This document shows positions 8,828-19,108 of a DNA stretch of 64,000 nt, piece after piece (positions within the stretch are counted from its first letter, which is position 1; each line of letters starts with the position of its first letter). Under the pieces are notes generated by a model, which was not told where the DNA came from, made no database searches, and saw nothing but the letters and a program-made list of their open reading frames with translations. The stretch spans positions 132-64,131 of the forward strand of contig UQER01000009.1 of assembly GCA_900540205.1 (NCBI GenBank), given 5' to 3'. Position numbers and translations under genes: made by a program. The stretch is from an uncultured Porphyromonadaceae bacterium (GTDB taxonomy: Bacteria; Bacteroidota; Bacteroidia; Bacteroidales; Muribaculaceae).

Positions 8828-11800
8828 TCAGTCGAGGAGAGGATCGTCGCCTTCCGACCCCGGTTCGTATTCCGGGAGGACAGGCGTAGCCGGCTTCGGA
8901 GTTTCTACGGGCGTATTCGGTTTGGGTTTCTCCTGAGGTTTATCCGGTTTGGGTTGTTCCTGAGGTGCTGTTGTTGTGTATGTTTCCGGACTTGTTGTGG
9001 TTTTTTCCGGAGCTTCATTCGTTTTGTCCGGCGAAGTTTGCGGCTTTTCCGGGGTTTGAACAGGCTCAGGGCTGGCAGGAATGTCGTCGGACGTCTCGGC
9101 AGTGACAGGTTCGGCTGCTTCAGGTTCGTCGGTTTCCTGTTCGGCATCCGGCTCGGGCGCTTGCTCCATGTCGTCGGGCATCATGTCCGTGGCGTCAGAC
9201 GGCATGACTGCGTCGCCGGGGATTGGGGCGGTGTCCTCCGCAGCCTCTTCGGGCGTCAGACCTTCCGATTCTCCGAACAATTCGGGCGGCAGCACGGCCT
9301 CCTCGGTGTCGCGATAGGTCTTGTCGCGCATGTAGCGGAAATATTCGTCGAACGAGCGGCCGTTGCGCAGCAGTGTGTCGAAATTCGCGGCGGAAATGAC
9401 CACCGGGCGCACTTCGGCGGGGAGCTGGAGTGTGGGGCTTGCCGCCATAACCTTGCGGTAATGGTTGATTTCCTCTACGTTTTCAAAGCCTTTGATAAGA
9501 AGCAGCCCGAGGCGTCCGAAATTCATCTGCTCAAGATCGAAATCCTTCACGACGAACGACGAGAAGTTGTGGCGCGCCACCTCATAGAGCAGTGCGTTCT
9601 GCGATATGCGGTCGGTGGGGAAAAGGAGCACCAGATATTGCTCGGTGTCCGGGTTGAGGTCGAACTCTATCTGCTCGTCGCTGACGGCGGTGGAGTCGGA
9701 ACCGAGACGGATGTCCCACAGCATGCCGCGCATGTTGCCCCCGCCGCTCTGCTGCAGCTCGCGGCCCTGGGCAAGTCCTTTCAGATAGGAGGAGGCGTAG
9801 GGGGTGATGTCGGTGTCGGGGTAGCGCTCGAGCAGTTCCATAAGTGTGTTCTTGAAACCCTCGGTGTTTTTGTCGGTGACATACGCCAGGGCCTCGAGGA
9901 ACATAAATTTGGGCATGAGCGGGCTTAGCGGGAAGTCGGAGCGCACTTTTGCGTAGGTGGAGTGCACGCCCCGGTTGTTGTTGTCGAGGTATGCCTGCAG
10001 CGCCTGGTCGTAGAGGCTGTTCTCCTGCTCCATCATGCGCCGGAGATTGCCCACATAGTCGGGGTCGCGCATGGCCATACCGTATTTGGAATCGGGAAAC
10101 TCGTTGAGGATCAGCTGACGGTAGTGCTCGGCGCGGTCCATCCGTCCCATGCGCACGAACATCAGATAGAGGTTATAATAAGCGTCGAGGCGGTAGATGT
10201 TGTCGGGGTAGCGGCGCAGCAGCTCCTCAAACTCCGTTTCAGATGCCGGAAAATCCTCGAGTTTGTCTTTCAGAATAACGCCCATGTTGTAAAGCCCCTC
10301 CTGGATGACGTCGTTGGCCGTCTGCTTCTCGGCGTCGGTTTTGGGGATTTGCTTGAGATAATACTCCGGATAATGGGGATCGTTCTCCTTGTCGGCATTT
10401 TCCTTACCGCCATTCTCCTTGTCTGCGGCTTCTGAATCAGTTTCATCAGTTTCCTCCTCGTTGTCGGCGGAGTCGTCGCCGGAGGTGCCGAAGTCGTTGA
10501 AATCGAAGGTGGATTTATTGCGGCGGCGCCAGTCGTCCTCAAGCTTTCGGTTACCCCACCGGCGCTGGAATTCGGTGCGGCCGGCGTTTTTGGTGGCCGT
10601 GTTGTAGAAGTACCATGAGTCGTCGCCGGTGTTCATCACGAACGTCTGCGGTGCTTTCGACGATGAGCCCTGCATGGTGTTGCCCATGGCGTCGCGGTTG
10701 GCAAGAAACTCCTCCCGTGCAGCCGCCTCGGCCTCCTTCTTTTCTTTCTCTTTCAGCTCCTCGATGATGCGTTCCACCACTTTCTGCTGCTGTTCGGGCG
10801 TCATGGCCGACAGGCGCAGCAGCGAGTCGTTGAGCTCTACGTTCTGCGAATAGAGTGCCAGCTCGTCGAGCACGTCGCTTCGGCGGCGCAGCTTGGCGTA
10901 GTCTGGCCATGTGGTAGGCAGCAGAGGCACCGCCTCCGAGTAGCATGGCTGTGCCTTGGAGTATTTGCGCAGGTCGTAGTAAAGTGAGCCAAGGGTTATC
11001 TGGGCTATCGCCTTGTCTATACCGGAACGGGTGGATTTCTCCACTGCCATCTCATAATTGGCGATGGCGTTTGTTGTGTCGGCGCGCGACAGGTACAGGT
11101 TGCCGATGGCGTAGTATATCTGGTCGAGATACTCTTTGTTGCGGTCATAGCGCACCATGCGCTTGAGGGCTTTTACCTCAGGGGTGATGTCGGCACCTGA
11201 AAACACCTCGCTCTGTTTGATGCGTGCGTTGAATTTCGTACGGTAGGAAGCCGACGAGCTTGAGCCGGCTTTGTCGAACGCTTTGTAGGCCAGCTCCTTC
11301 TGCCCGAGGGCGGAATACACCTGTCCCAACAGGAAGTTGAGCCTGGTGCGTTGCGGCCGTGTGGCCAGCGGAATCGCTTTTGTGAGCATAGGCACTGCCT
11401 CCTCATAGTTCTTCTGCTTTATGAGCAGGTCGGCGTATGTGGAATAATATAGCGAGCGTATGGGCTTGGAGGTGAGCTGTTCGGATTTTACGCGGGTGAG
11501 GATGTTCTCCGCCTCGAAAAGCCAGTCGAGCGCGCAGTAACTGCGTGCTTCCCACAGTTTGGCCTCTACCACGGTGGCCGGCAGCCAGGAGAAATGTTTG
11601 GAGATATAGAAGAATGTGGAGGCGGCTCCGAGAAAATCGCCGTTGAGATACTGGCTGCGTCCCATCATCATCCATGAATTGTGCAGGAAGGGATTGTATT
11701 CCTCCCGGCGCATCCACGCCTTGTACTTCGGGTCGGAGCTTTTGCCTGCCTTTTTCTTGGGTTTCTTCTTTATGGAACGCAACTGGATGGCTTTCTGGGC

Positions 11801-12118
11801 TTTCTCAATCGAGCGGTCGAAGTTGCCTTGCGGCTGCGGGGCCTTTTCGTCGGCCTTGGCGGCAGCCGGATGGATGAAGAGCATGCGCGAGAAGTCGTCC
11901 TCGTAGCTCTCTTCCATGTCGTGCAGGGTCTCTTTGTAGTGTGTGTCGCCGTTGTAATGGATGTTGTAGCGGGTGATGAACTCCTGATATTTGCGCGTGG
12001 CGGCAGTGTTCTTTTTGGGCGAGCACGAACATAGCAGACCCAGGGCCGCAATGGCCGGGGCCGCTGCTATCAGGGCTATGCGTGCAACTCTGTTCAAAGG
12101 AGCGGTGCTTACAGACAA
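8828..12118 (-). CDS. TPR-repeat lipoprotein with an acidic/Pro-rich C-terminal tail (possible SprE/PorW-like)
   Basis: 1096 aa. Lipobox LLCSCS. Several TPR-like stretches (AIGNLYLSRAD...ANYEMAVEKS; ITLGSLYYDLRKYSKA). The last ~170 aa form a low-complexity D/E/P/T tail. The PorW/SprE assignment is inference from architecture and T9SS neighbourhood only. Confidence 0.45.
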   Translation of the reverse strand: MSVSTAPLNRVARIALIAAAPAIAALGLLCSCSPKKNTAATRKYQEFITRYNIHYNGDTHYKETLHDMEESYEDDFSRMLFIHPAAAKADEKAPQPQGNFDRSIEKAQKAIQLRSIKKKPKKKAGKSSDPKYKAWMRREEYNPFLHNSWMMMGRSQYLNGDFLGAASTFFYISKHFSWLPATVVEAKLWEARSYCALDWLFEAENILTRVKSEQLTSKPIRSLYYSTYADLLIKQKNYEEAVPMLTKAIPLATRPQRTRLNFLLGQVYSALGQKELAYKAFDKAGSSSSASYRTKFNARIKQSEVFSGADITPEVKALKRMVRYDRNKEYLDQIYYAIGNLYLSRADTTNAIANYEMAVEKSTRSGIDKAIAQITLGSLYYDLRKYSKAQPCYSEAVPLLPTTWPDYAKLRRRSDVLDELALYSQNVELNDSLLRLSAMTPEQQQKVVERIIEELKEKEKKEAEAAAREEFLANRDAMGNTMQGSSSKAPQTFVMNTGDDSWYFYNTATKNAGRTEFQRRWGNRKLEDDWRRRNKSTFDFNDFGTSGDDSADNEEETDETDSEAADKENGGKENADKENDPHYPEYYLKQIPKTDAEKQTANDVIQEGLYNMGVILKDKLEDFPASETEFEELLRRYPDNIYRLDAYYNLYLMFVRMGRMDRAEHYRQLILNEFPDSKYGMAMRDPDYVGNLRRMMEQENSLYDQALQAYLDNNNRGVHSTYAKVRSDFPLSPLMPKFMFLEALAYVTDKNTEGFKNTLMELLERYPDTDITPYASSYLKGLAQGRELQQSGGGNMRGMLWDIRLGSDSTAVSDEQIEFDLNPDTEQYLVLLFPTDRISQNALLYEVARHNFSSFVVKDFDLEQMNFGRLGLLLIKGFENVEEINHYRKVMAASPTLQLPAEVRPVVISAANFDTLLRNGRSFDEYFRYMRDKTYRDTEEAVLPPELFGESEGLTPEEAAEDTAPIPGDAVMPSDATDMMPDDMEQAPEPDAEQETDEPEAAEPVTAETSDDIPASPEPVQTPEKPQTSPDKTNEAPEKTTTSPETYTTTAPQEQPKPDKPQEKPKPNTPVETPKPATPVLPEYEPGSEGDDPLLD

Positions 12119-12465
12119 AAAACTATTGTCACGACAGTTTATCGTGTGACTTGAATAAAAACGTCAGTCGCAGCCATTTTATTGCCCATGGCGCACATTC
12201 CCCCGTCCGGACCAAACACTTGAGTGTTGCAGGGCGTTAATAAATATGAACGCAAGCTAAAATCTTTGTCTGCCGAACAAATTTAAATCAGTTTGTGGGT
12301 TCTGTGTCACTGTTGTTAAGGTAATACGGAGAATCAAGCGCAATTTGTGGTGCGGTGGTGGATTTTTCGGGCGTATGTGGAAAAATTAACGGTTTTGTGT
12401 TAAATCGATTTGGAAAATAGTTAAAAAAGTTTTAACTTTGCTTCCAGTCATAAATACAGTTTAAT

Positions 12466-13632
12466 ATGAAAAAGGCTATTCTTTTGGCTGCTATGGCGTT
12501 GAGTATGGCTGGCGCATCCGCTCAGACCACCGTGGCCGGCAGCAAATTCACCGACAACTGGTCGTTCACCCTCAAGGGTGGCGCCGTAATGTCGTCGAAA
12601 TCGGTAGCAGACAATGGCTTCTGGGATAATGCCCGCGGCATTGTGGGAGCGGAACTCCGCAAGCAGATCACGCCCGTATTTGGCCTGGGTGTGGAAGGCG
12701 AATGGACAATTAACACATCCAGCTGGGCCGGCTACCGTTCGGGCAACTGGTTCGATCATCAATATGTAGGCGTGTTCGGCGCAGTCAACCTTATGAACGC
12801 ATTTGCAGGTTACACAGGCGCTCCACGTCTTTTCGAGCTTGAAGTGGTGGGCGGCACCGGATGGCTGCATGCCTACTATCCCCACACTTCCGGCAAGGAC
12901 GGCAACTCCTGGGCCACCAAGGTGGGTATGAATTTCAACTTCAACCTCGGCGAATCGAAAGCATGGACACTTGCGTTCAAGCCCGCATATCTGTGGAACA
13001 TGAACGGCAATCCGCGCCCCAACATTCTCGGTTACGAGGCCCGTTACGACAGCAATTTCGGCTATCTCGAACTTGAGGCCGGCATCACATATCATTTCGG
13101 CAATTCCAACGGCACACATCACTTCACCGTGGTGCGCCCGTACGACCAGACTGAAATCGATGCACTCAATGCTCAGATCAACGCCCTCCGCGGCGAGCTT
13201 GAGGCATCGGGTGCCAACAACGCAGCTCTCCTCGCTCAGATTGCCGACCTGCAGGCTCAGCTCGACGCTTGCAACCGTCGTCCGCCGGTGGTGGAGAAGG
13301 TTGTGAAGGACCTCAATAACATCCGTTACGTGTTCTTCAACTGCGGTTCTGCCTATGTTCAGCCCAATCAGCAGCCCAACATTGCAATGGTGGCCGACCA
13401 GCTAAAAGAGAACACCAACGCCACCGTCACCGTGAAGGGTTACGCTTCGAAGGACGGCTCCGCCGCTTTCAACCGCAAGCTTGCAGAACGCCGTGCAGAG
13501 GCAGTCAAGAAAGAACTTGTGAAACGCTACGGCATCGCTTCAGACCGCGTCAAGGCTGAGGGCATGGGCATCGGCGATCTCTTCCAGGAGAACAGCTGGA
13601 ACCGTGTGAGCGTATGCACAGTCCACGAATAA
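12466..13632 (+). CDS. OmpA-family outer-membrane protein (N-terminal beta-barrel, coiled-coil linker, C-terminal OmpA domain)
   Basis: 388 aa with a signal peptide. The coiled coil is IDALNAQINALRGELEASG...LQAQLDA. The C-terminal OmpA_C motifs include TVKGYASKDGSAAFNRKLAERRAEAV. Confidence 0.8.
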   Translation: MKKAILLAAMALSMAGASAQTTVAGSKFTDNWSFTLKGGAVMSSKSVADNGFWDNARGIVGAELRKQITPVFGLGVEGEWTINTSSWAGYRSGNWFDHQYVGVFGAVNLMNAFAGYTGAPRLFELEVVGGTGWLHAYYPHTSGKDGNSWATKVGMNFNFNLGESKAWTLAFKPAYLWNMNGNPRPNILGYEARYDSNFGYLELEAGITYHFGNSNGTHHFTVVRPYDQTEIDALNAQINALRGELEASGANNAALLAQIADLQAQLDACNRRPPVVEKVVKDLNNIRYVFFNCGSAYVQPNQQPNIAMVADQLKENTNATVTVKGYASKDGSAAFNRKLAERRAEAVKKELVKRYGIASDRVKAEGMGIGDLFQENSWNRVSVCTVHE

Positions 13633-13680
13633 GACAGCTTTTACAAAAGCACTTCAGATAATAACTGAACAAACATTTAC

Positions 13681-13724
13681 CACGCTGCGTCGGGATGTAT
13701 TCCCGGCGCAGCGTGTCATTTGTT
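13681..13724 (+). terminator. Hairpin downstream of the ompA-family gene
   Basis: Stem cacgctgcgtcggg/cccggcgcagcgtg with a 7-nt loop, followed by tcatttgtt. Confidence 0.4.
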
Positions 13725-13936
13725 CCGGCTGACCCAATGCTTCGTTTTTCCGGCTCTACCCGATTATTGGCAGATTTGGCTTAACATTAAGCAATTTTTG
13801 TGAAGAAATGAAAAACGGACGGGGATAACGCCCGAAAAATCCTAAATTTGTAAATTGTGGAATGTGCATTTGCATATGGCCACGTTGTTTAAATATAACG
13901 AGTAAGGCCGTCCGGGCGGCCGGAGCATACTGCCAG

Positions 13937-14464
13937 ATGAACGAACTGCTGACTGTTACACTTAATGTTACCTTGTCCGATGTGCTTATGGTGCTGTCGG
14001 TTCTGCTGCTGAGCGCAGGCGTTGTGCTTGAGTTCAGCCGGAGCGACAACGGCGTGGCATTTTCCTGCCTTGGGTTGGGGGCGCTTAACCGCTGCGACAT
14101 GGTGACGATAAGCGACAAGGTGCTGCTGTTCTGGGCCGTGGTCACCATCATTGTTCTTGTGATAATGCGTATGCGTGACGGACAGTCAGGCTATCCGGCA
14201 CTCTGCAGGCGGTTTGTAGCCGGTGGAGCATTGGCCGGAATGGCGGTGGGTATGCTTTGGGGCTATGCGGCTCTGATGGCCGGGGCAGCCGCAGGTGCGG
14301 TGCTCGGCGCTGTGGCGTGGAGCCGTACGCCTTCAGGTGCGGTTTACCCCCGTGGCGCGGCCGGCGCCATAGTGGAAGTGGGCCTTCCGGCTGTGGTGGT
14401 GATGGTAATGACCGGCATCGCCATCAACTCGTTTATTGTGGCCTCTCGTACGGGCAGCATTTGA
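13937..14464 (+). CDS. Hypothetical polytopic membrane protein
   Basis: The ORF track frame is 13862-14464. The hydrophobic segments begin after the internal Met at 13937. The protein is Gly/Ala-rich and has no recognisable motif. Confidence 0.35.
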   Translation: MNELLTVTLNVTLSDVLMVLSVLLLSAGVVLEFSRSDNGVAFSCLGLGALNRCDMVTISDKVLLFWAVVTIIVLVIMRMRDGQSGYPALCRRFVAGGALAGMAVGMLWGYAALMAGAAAGAVLGAVAWSRTPSGAVYPRGAAGAIVEVGLPAVVVMVMTGIAINSFIVASRTGSI

Positions 14465-14520
14465 AAACGGCCTTGCCGGCATGGCGTCCGGCAGGGATAA
14501 CTGACATTGAACGGACTACG

Positions 14521-15243
14521 ATGAAAAAACTGTTGATAGCAATAGCGGCGTGTCTGTCGGTTGCATTGGCGTTCTCGGCCTTTGCAACCACAGCGAAGTC
14601 TGCGAAAAAAACTGAGCCGGAGGCACCCGATTTCGAGCGTATCAAAGCCGAGGTGTCCGATCCCAAATCGCAGTGGTATTATCCAAGACTCATGCAGCAG
14701 TATGAGCGTAACGAGACTGTGATGACTCTCGATGATTACAGGCATCTCTATTACGGATATCTCTTTCAGGAGGACTTCAACCCCTATCGCCACAACGAGG
14801 CCGTGACGCGCAATGAAGCGCTGTATTATAAAAACAATCACACTCGTGCAGAGCTTGATTCCATCATAACATACGCAAGGCAGGCCATTGACGACAATCC
14901 CTTCGACCTCAATCAGATTAATTTCCTGATTTATGCGTTGCGTGAACGGGGAAAGGTGAATCTCGCCAATATCTGGCAGTACAGGCTCAACCATCTGCTG
15001 CAGGCCATTGTGTCGAGCGGAACCGGAACCGACAAGGAGCATGCATGGTATGTGATAAACCCCCGGCATGAGTACAGTATAATCAATTTCCAGAATGCAG
15101 TTGTCAAGGACCAGCATTACGAGGAGCCTTATTTCGACTGCATGGAAGTGGAGAAAAAGAGCGGGAAGGAGAACGCCACCTACTATTTCAACATCCGCAA
15201 CCTGCTCGAGGAATATTATCGGAAATTTCCCGAGCAGATGTGA
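14521..15243 (+). CDS. Hypothetical secreted protein (possibly DUF4919-like)
   Basis: This is the MKKLLIAIAACLSVALAFSAFA signal-peptide start lying inside track ORF 14257-15243. The protein is rich in Y, N and E. The family assignment is uncertain. Confidence 0.5.
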   Translation: MKKLLIAIAACLSVALAFSAFATTAKSAKKTEPEAPDFERIKAEVSDPKSQWYYPRLMQQYERNETVMTLDDYRHLYYGYLFQEDFNPYRHNEAVTRNEALYYKNNHTRAELDSIITYARQAIDDNPFDLNQINFLIYALRERGKVNLANIWQYRLNHLLQAIVSSGTGTDKEHAWYVINPRHEYSIINFQNAVVKDQHYEEPYFDCMEVEKKSGKENATYYFNIRNLLEEYYRKFPEQM

Positions 15244-15287
15244 GGTTGAAGTCCTCGCCGCAAAATGAACCAATCAACAACCTACCG

Positions 15288-16286
15288 ATGAAAATTGCAC
15301 ATATCGATCTGGGCGACCGCCCTGTGATGCTCGCGCCGATGGAGGATGTGACTGACCGCTCGTTCCGGCTCATATGCAAGGAGCTGGGCGCCGACATGAC
15401 CTACTCCGAGTTTGTTTCGGCCGATGCATTGATACGCAATATCGCCGCCACTACCCGAAAGCTTCATATCGAACCCGCCGAGCGCCCCACGGCCATTCAG
15501 ATTTATGGCCGCGAGGTGGAGCCGATGGTGGAGGCTGCCAGAATGGTGGAGGCTGCCGGGCCGGATGTGATCGACATCAATTTCGGCTGCCCGGTGAAGA
15601 AGGTGGCAGGCAAAGGTGCCGGAGCCGGTATGTTGCGCGACATCCCAAAAATGCTCGAAATCACGCGGGCGGTTGTAAAGGCGGTCAACGTGCCTGTCAC
15701 GGTGAAAACGCGCCTGGGATGGGATCATGAACACCGTATAATTGTGGATTTGGCCGAACAGTTGCAGGACTGCGGCATTGCGGCGCTGACGGTGCACGGG
15801 CGCACGCGTTCACAGATGTACACCGGAGAGGCCGACTGGGAGATGATTGCCCGCGTAAAGGAGAATCCCCGCTTCCGCATCCCTCTGATCGGAAACGGCG
15901 ACATCACAACTCCGCAGAAGCTTGTGGAGGCGTTCAGCCGTTACGGCGTGGATGGTGTGATGGTAGGGCGCGCGGCCATAGGCAATCCGTGGGTGTTCCA
16001 CGACATGAAGCAGACTCTGTTGCATGGCAACGTGCCTGAACCTCTGAGCCTCGAGCGGAAATTTGAAATACTGCGCCGGCAGATCAACGAGAGCATCGAC
16101 CGTATCGACGAGTATCGCGGCATACTTCACATCCGCCGCCATCTGGCCGTGAGCGGTCTGTTCAAGGGGATTCCTTTTTTCCGCGATACACGCATAGCCA
16201 TGTTGCGTGCCAACACAAAGGACGAACTGTTCGGCATTATCGACATGGTGGAGGACAAACTGCGCGACGGCAGTGCGTTCATATAA
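15288..16286 (+). CDS. dusB: tRNA-dihydrouridine synthase (DusB-like)
   Basis: MKIAHIDLGDRPVMLAPMEDVTDRSFR is followed by the FMN-binding TIM-barrel motifs IDINFGCP and NGDI. The start is taken at the internal Met. Confidence 0.8.
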   Translation: MKIAHIDLGDRPVMLAPMEDVTDRSFRLICKELGADMTYSEFVSADALIRNIAATTRKLHIEPAERPTAIQIYGREVEPMVEAARMVEAAGPDVIDINFGCPVKKVAGKGAGAGMLRDIPKMLEITRAVVKAVNVPVTVKTRLGWDHEHRIIVDLAEQLQDCGIAALTVHGRTRSQMYTGEADWEMIARVKENPRFRIPLIGNGDITTPQKLVEAFSRYGVDGVMVGRAAIGNPWVFHDMKQTLLHGNVPEPLSLERKFEILRRQINESIDRIDEYRGILHIRRHLAVSGLFKGIPFFRDTRIAMLRANTKDELFGIIDMVEDKLRDGSAFI

Positions 16287-16317
16287 ATATTAATTAAGTG
16301 AATAAAATTATATAGCT

Positions 16318-17103
16318 ATGAAAATCAGGTTTTTAATGGTTTTGTCTCTGCTTGTGACGCTGTCGGCTTACGGCGCCGGTGACGAGCCTGTGCAGAAGTT
16401 TGAACTTGATGTAAAGGATTTCTCGCAGCTCGTGGTGGATGACGGCCTGAATGTGGAGTACCACAGTAATGACGACATGGCAGGGAAGGCTGTGTTCTCT
16501 GCTCCGAAAAGCATTGCCGACAAAATCCTGTTCGAGAACAACGGCAAAGGGAAACTGCTCATTCAGAAATCATTTCACGAGGAGACAGAACTGGTGTCTG
16601 ACCTTCCCACAATCAAGGTGTATTCACGCTTCCTGAAAAGTATAACCAACAACGGCGATTCCACTGTACGCGCTCTGGAGGTGCGTCCCACAATGGAGAT
16701 GAACGCAACGGTGGTTGGTAACGGGCGTCTGGTTGTGCGTGATGTAGACTGCTCCAAATTCAGCGGCAGCATAAAGACCGGGAACGGCACTCTGGTGGTG
16801 ACAGGCAAAAGCGCCGAAGCCGTGTTGAGCAACACCGGTACGGGTGCGATACAGGCCGATAATCTTCGTGCCGGCAACGTGTCGTGCCGCTTTTTCGGCA
16901 CCGGAACCACAGGCTGCTGGGCCACCGGCACGCTGACTGTTAAGGGGGTGATGAAAGGAAAGCTTTATTACCGCGACACCCCCGCACGCATCCGCAACTT
17001 CTCGGTCGGGGTGAAAATCTATTCGCTCGAAGGCACCGAGTGGCTGGGCGAGCAGGAGCCTGACCCCGATGGCGACAGCGGTGCGCCTGCCGATGAAAAG
17101 TAA
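16318..17103 (+). CDS. Secreted beta-helix protein, DUF2807/GIN head-domain-like
   Basis: 261 aa with a signal peptide. It has repetitive G-x-G strands (TGNGTLVVTGKSAEAVLSNTGTGAIQADNL). Confidence 0.5.
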   Translation: MKIRFLMVLSLLVTLSAYGAGDEPVQKFELDVKDFSQLVVDDGLNVEYHSNDDMAGKAVFSAPKSIADKILFENNGKGKLLIQKSFHEETELVSDLPTIKVYSRFLKSITNNGDSTVRALEVRPTMEMNATVVGNGRLVVRDVDCSKFSGSIKTGNGTLVVTGKSAEAVLSNTGTGAIQADNLRAGNVSCRFFGTGTTGCWATGTLTVKGVMKGKLYYRDTPARIRNFSVGVKIYSLEGTEWLGEQEPDPDGDSGAPADEK

Positions 17104-17128
17104 AGAATTCAGGCTGTTGTCTTAGTCA

Positions 17129-18616
17129 ATGAGCAGTCAGGACGCACCATTGAAAACCCTTACGGCCCGGTCGGTGAAATGGAATCTCATCGACCGCTTG
17201 TCGTCGCAGGTGCTCTATGGCATCACCGGAATAATTCTGGCCCGGCTTCTTTCGCAGGAGGATTTCGGCCTTGTGGGTGCCATCCTCGTGTTTCAGGCGT
17301 TCGCCTCGCTGATGGTCGACAGCGGATTCTCCTATGCGCTTATCCAGCGCAAGCACCCCACCCGGCTTGACTATTCCACCGTGCTGTGGTTCAACATGGC
17401 CGTGGCCGTGGCGCTTTATGTGGTGCTGTTTTTCTGCGCCCCGCTCATTGCCGATTGCTTTCAGGGCGACAGGCGTCTGGTGCCGTTGAGCCGGGTGATG
17501 TTCCTCTCGTTTATCCTGAATGCCTCGGCCATAGTGCAGACCAACCGTCTGATGAAGCGGATGGATGTGCGGATGGTGGCGGTTTCGAACGCGGCCGGTC
17601 TCGTGGCCGGAGCTATAGTGGGCATTACGCTGGCCGTGGCAGGGATGGGAGCATGGGCCATCGTTTGGCAGACACTTGCGCTGAATGCCGTCAAGAGCGC
17701 CGTGCTGTGGTTCACTTCAGGATGGTTGCCGCTGTGGCGGTTCTCCATGCAGTCTCTGCGCAGTTTTTTCAGCGTGGGCTCGAGCATGATGGCCTCTTCG
17801 TTTCTGAATGTGCTTTTCCAGAACATTTATACATTTTTCATAGGCAACCGGGCCGGACTTGTTCCGCTGGGCTATTACACACAGGCCGACAAATGGAGCA
17901 AAATGGGGATAACCTCCATCTCGCAGGTGCTCACATCCTCGTTTCTGCCGGCGTTGTCGGCCGTACAGGACGATGACGAGCGGTTTTCGCGTGCCTCGCA
18001 GAAAATGAACCGCTTTACGGCCTACATACTCATGCCAGCCATGGGGTTCCTCATCATAATGGCCACCCCGATATTCCACTGTCTGTTCGGCGAGAAATGG
18101 GATGCATCCATCCCCCTGTTCCAGCTGCTGCTTTTGCGCGGGGTGTTCACCGTGCTTACGGCGCTCTACAACAATTATCTCGTTGCAAAGGCCATGTCGA
18201 AGGCCGTGGTGGCGATGGAGGTGCTTCGCGACGGGGTGGCGCTTCTGCTGCTGGTGGCCTGTCTGCCTTTCATTGCCATGTCGCTACCGGGCAATCCCGT
18301 TTATGGCATTGAGCTGTTGCTTTACGGTCAGCTGCTGGCATCGGTTGTGGCATGGGCTGTGATGACGGTAAAGGTGGCGCGTGTCACCGGGCGCTCCCTG
18401 TGGCGGTTTCTTTCCGACAACGTGCCTTATGTGGCCGAGACAGTCCTGATCGGTGCGGTGATGTGGGTGGAGAGTCTGGTGATAGCCAACTGCTGGATTC
18501 TACTGTTTGCGCAGGCATGTACGGCACTGCTGCTCTACATCGGCGTGAACCATCTGCTACACTCCGTTATCCAGCGCGAGGTACTCGACTATCTCCGCGG
18601 CCGCTCTGCACTCTGA
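17129..18616 (+). CDS. MOP-superfamily oligosaccharide flippase (Wzx-like)
   Basis: 495 aa with 12-14 TM segments and polysaccharide-biosynthesis-protein-like composition. Confidence 0.7.
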   Translation: MSSQDAPLKTLTARSVKWNLIDRLSSQVLYGITGIILARLLSQEDFGLVGAILVFQAFASLMVDSGFSYALIQRKHPTRLDYSTVLWFNMAVAVALYVVLFFCAPLIADCFQGDRRLVPLSRVMFLSFILNASAIVQTNRLMKRMDVRMVAVSNAAGLVAGAIVGITLAVAGMGAWAIVWQTLALNAVKSAVLWFTSGWLPLWRFSMQSLRSFFSVGSSMMASSFLNVLFQNIYTFFIGNRAGLVPLGYYTQADKWSKMGITSISQVLTSSFLPALSAVQDDDERFSRASQKMNRFTAYILMPAMGFLIIMATPIFHCLFGEKWDASIPLFQLLLLRGVFTVLTALYNNYLVAKAMSKAVVAMEVLRDGVALLLLVACLPFIAMSLPGNPVYGIELLLYGQLLASVVAWAVMTVKVARVTGRSLWRFLSDNVPYVAETVLIGAVMWVESLVIANCWILLFAQACTALLLYIGVNHLLHSVIQREVLDYLRGRSAL

Positions 18617-18655
18617 TTCAGAATTTCAGGAAAAAGTGCTAACTTTGCAGCCGGA

Positions 18656-18994
18656 ATGAGAATGTTGAACAGGAATATAGCAACGCTGCTTATAGGTGTT
18701 TTCGCTTTCTTTTTTTGCGGGAACACAGTGTTCATACATTCCCATGTGGTCAACGGCGCCCGCGTGGTGCATTCGCACCCGTTTTTACCGGGCGACCATC
18801 ACGGCCATACACAGAATGCCCTGCATTTCATCGCGGCCTACAATCTTATGGCCGCCACAATGGAATGCGGAGAGACTGTGCATCTGCAGCAGCCCGCACG
18901 TGTATTGCAGGGTTGTGTGGAGTTGCAGCCGGTAATGGACTGTGCGCCGGCTCTCACCGATGTACGTCCCGTACGCGGCCCTCCCTCATGTTGA
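18656..18994 (+). CDS. Small His-rich membrane-anchored protein immediately upstream of the TonB-dependent receptor
   Basis: 112 aa. It has one N-terminal TM helix (IATLLIGVFAFFFCG) followed by a His-dense segment (HSHVVNGARVVHSHPFLPGDHHGHTQNALH). No family is recognised. There is a 114-bp gap to the receptor gene on the same strand. Confidence 0.45.
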   Translation: MRMLNRNIATLLIGVFAFFFCGNTVFIHSHVVNGARVVHSHPFLPGDHHGHTQNALHFIAAYNLMAATMECGETVHLQQPARVLQGCVELQPVMDCAPALTDVRPVRGPPSC

Positions 18995-19108
18995 TAATTC
19001 CAGACACTATAAAAATTAAACCGGATGCCAGGTTGCACCACGCGTGATGCGGTTATGCAGCTTCAGGTCCGGTTCACAGGATTATCAACCAAAATTCCAG
19101 CACAACAC

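Noticed and set aside
8783-9928. A 381-aa plus-strand ORF
   Set aside because: It is antisense to the TPR lipoprotein gene. It is rich in Arg and Phe and has no start context.
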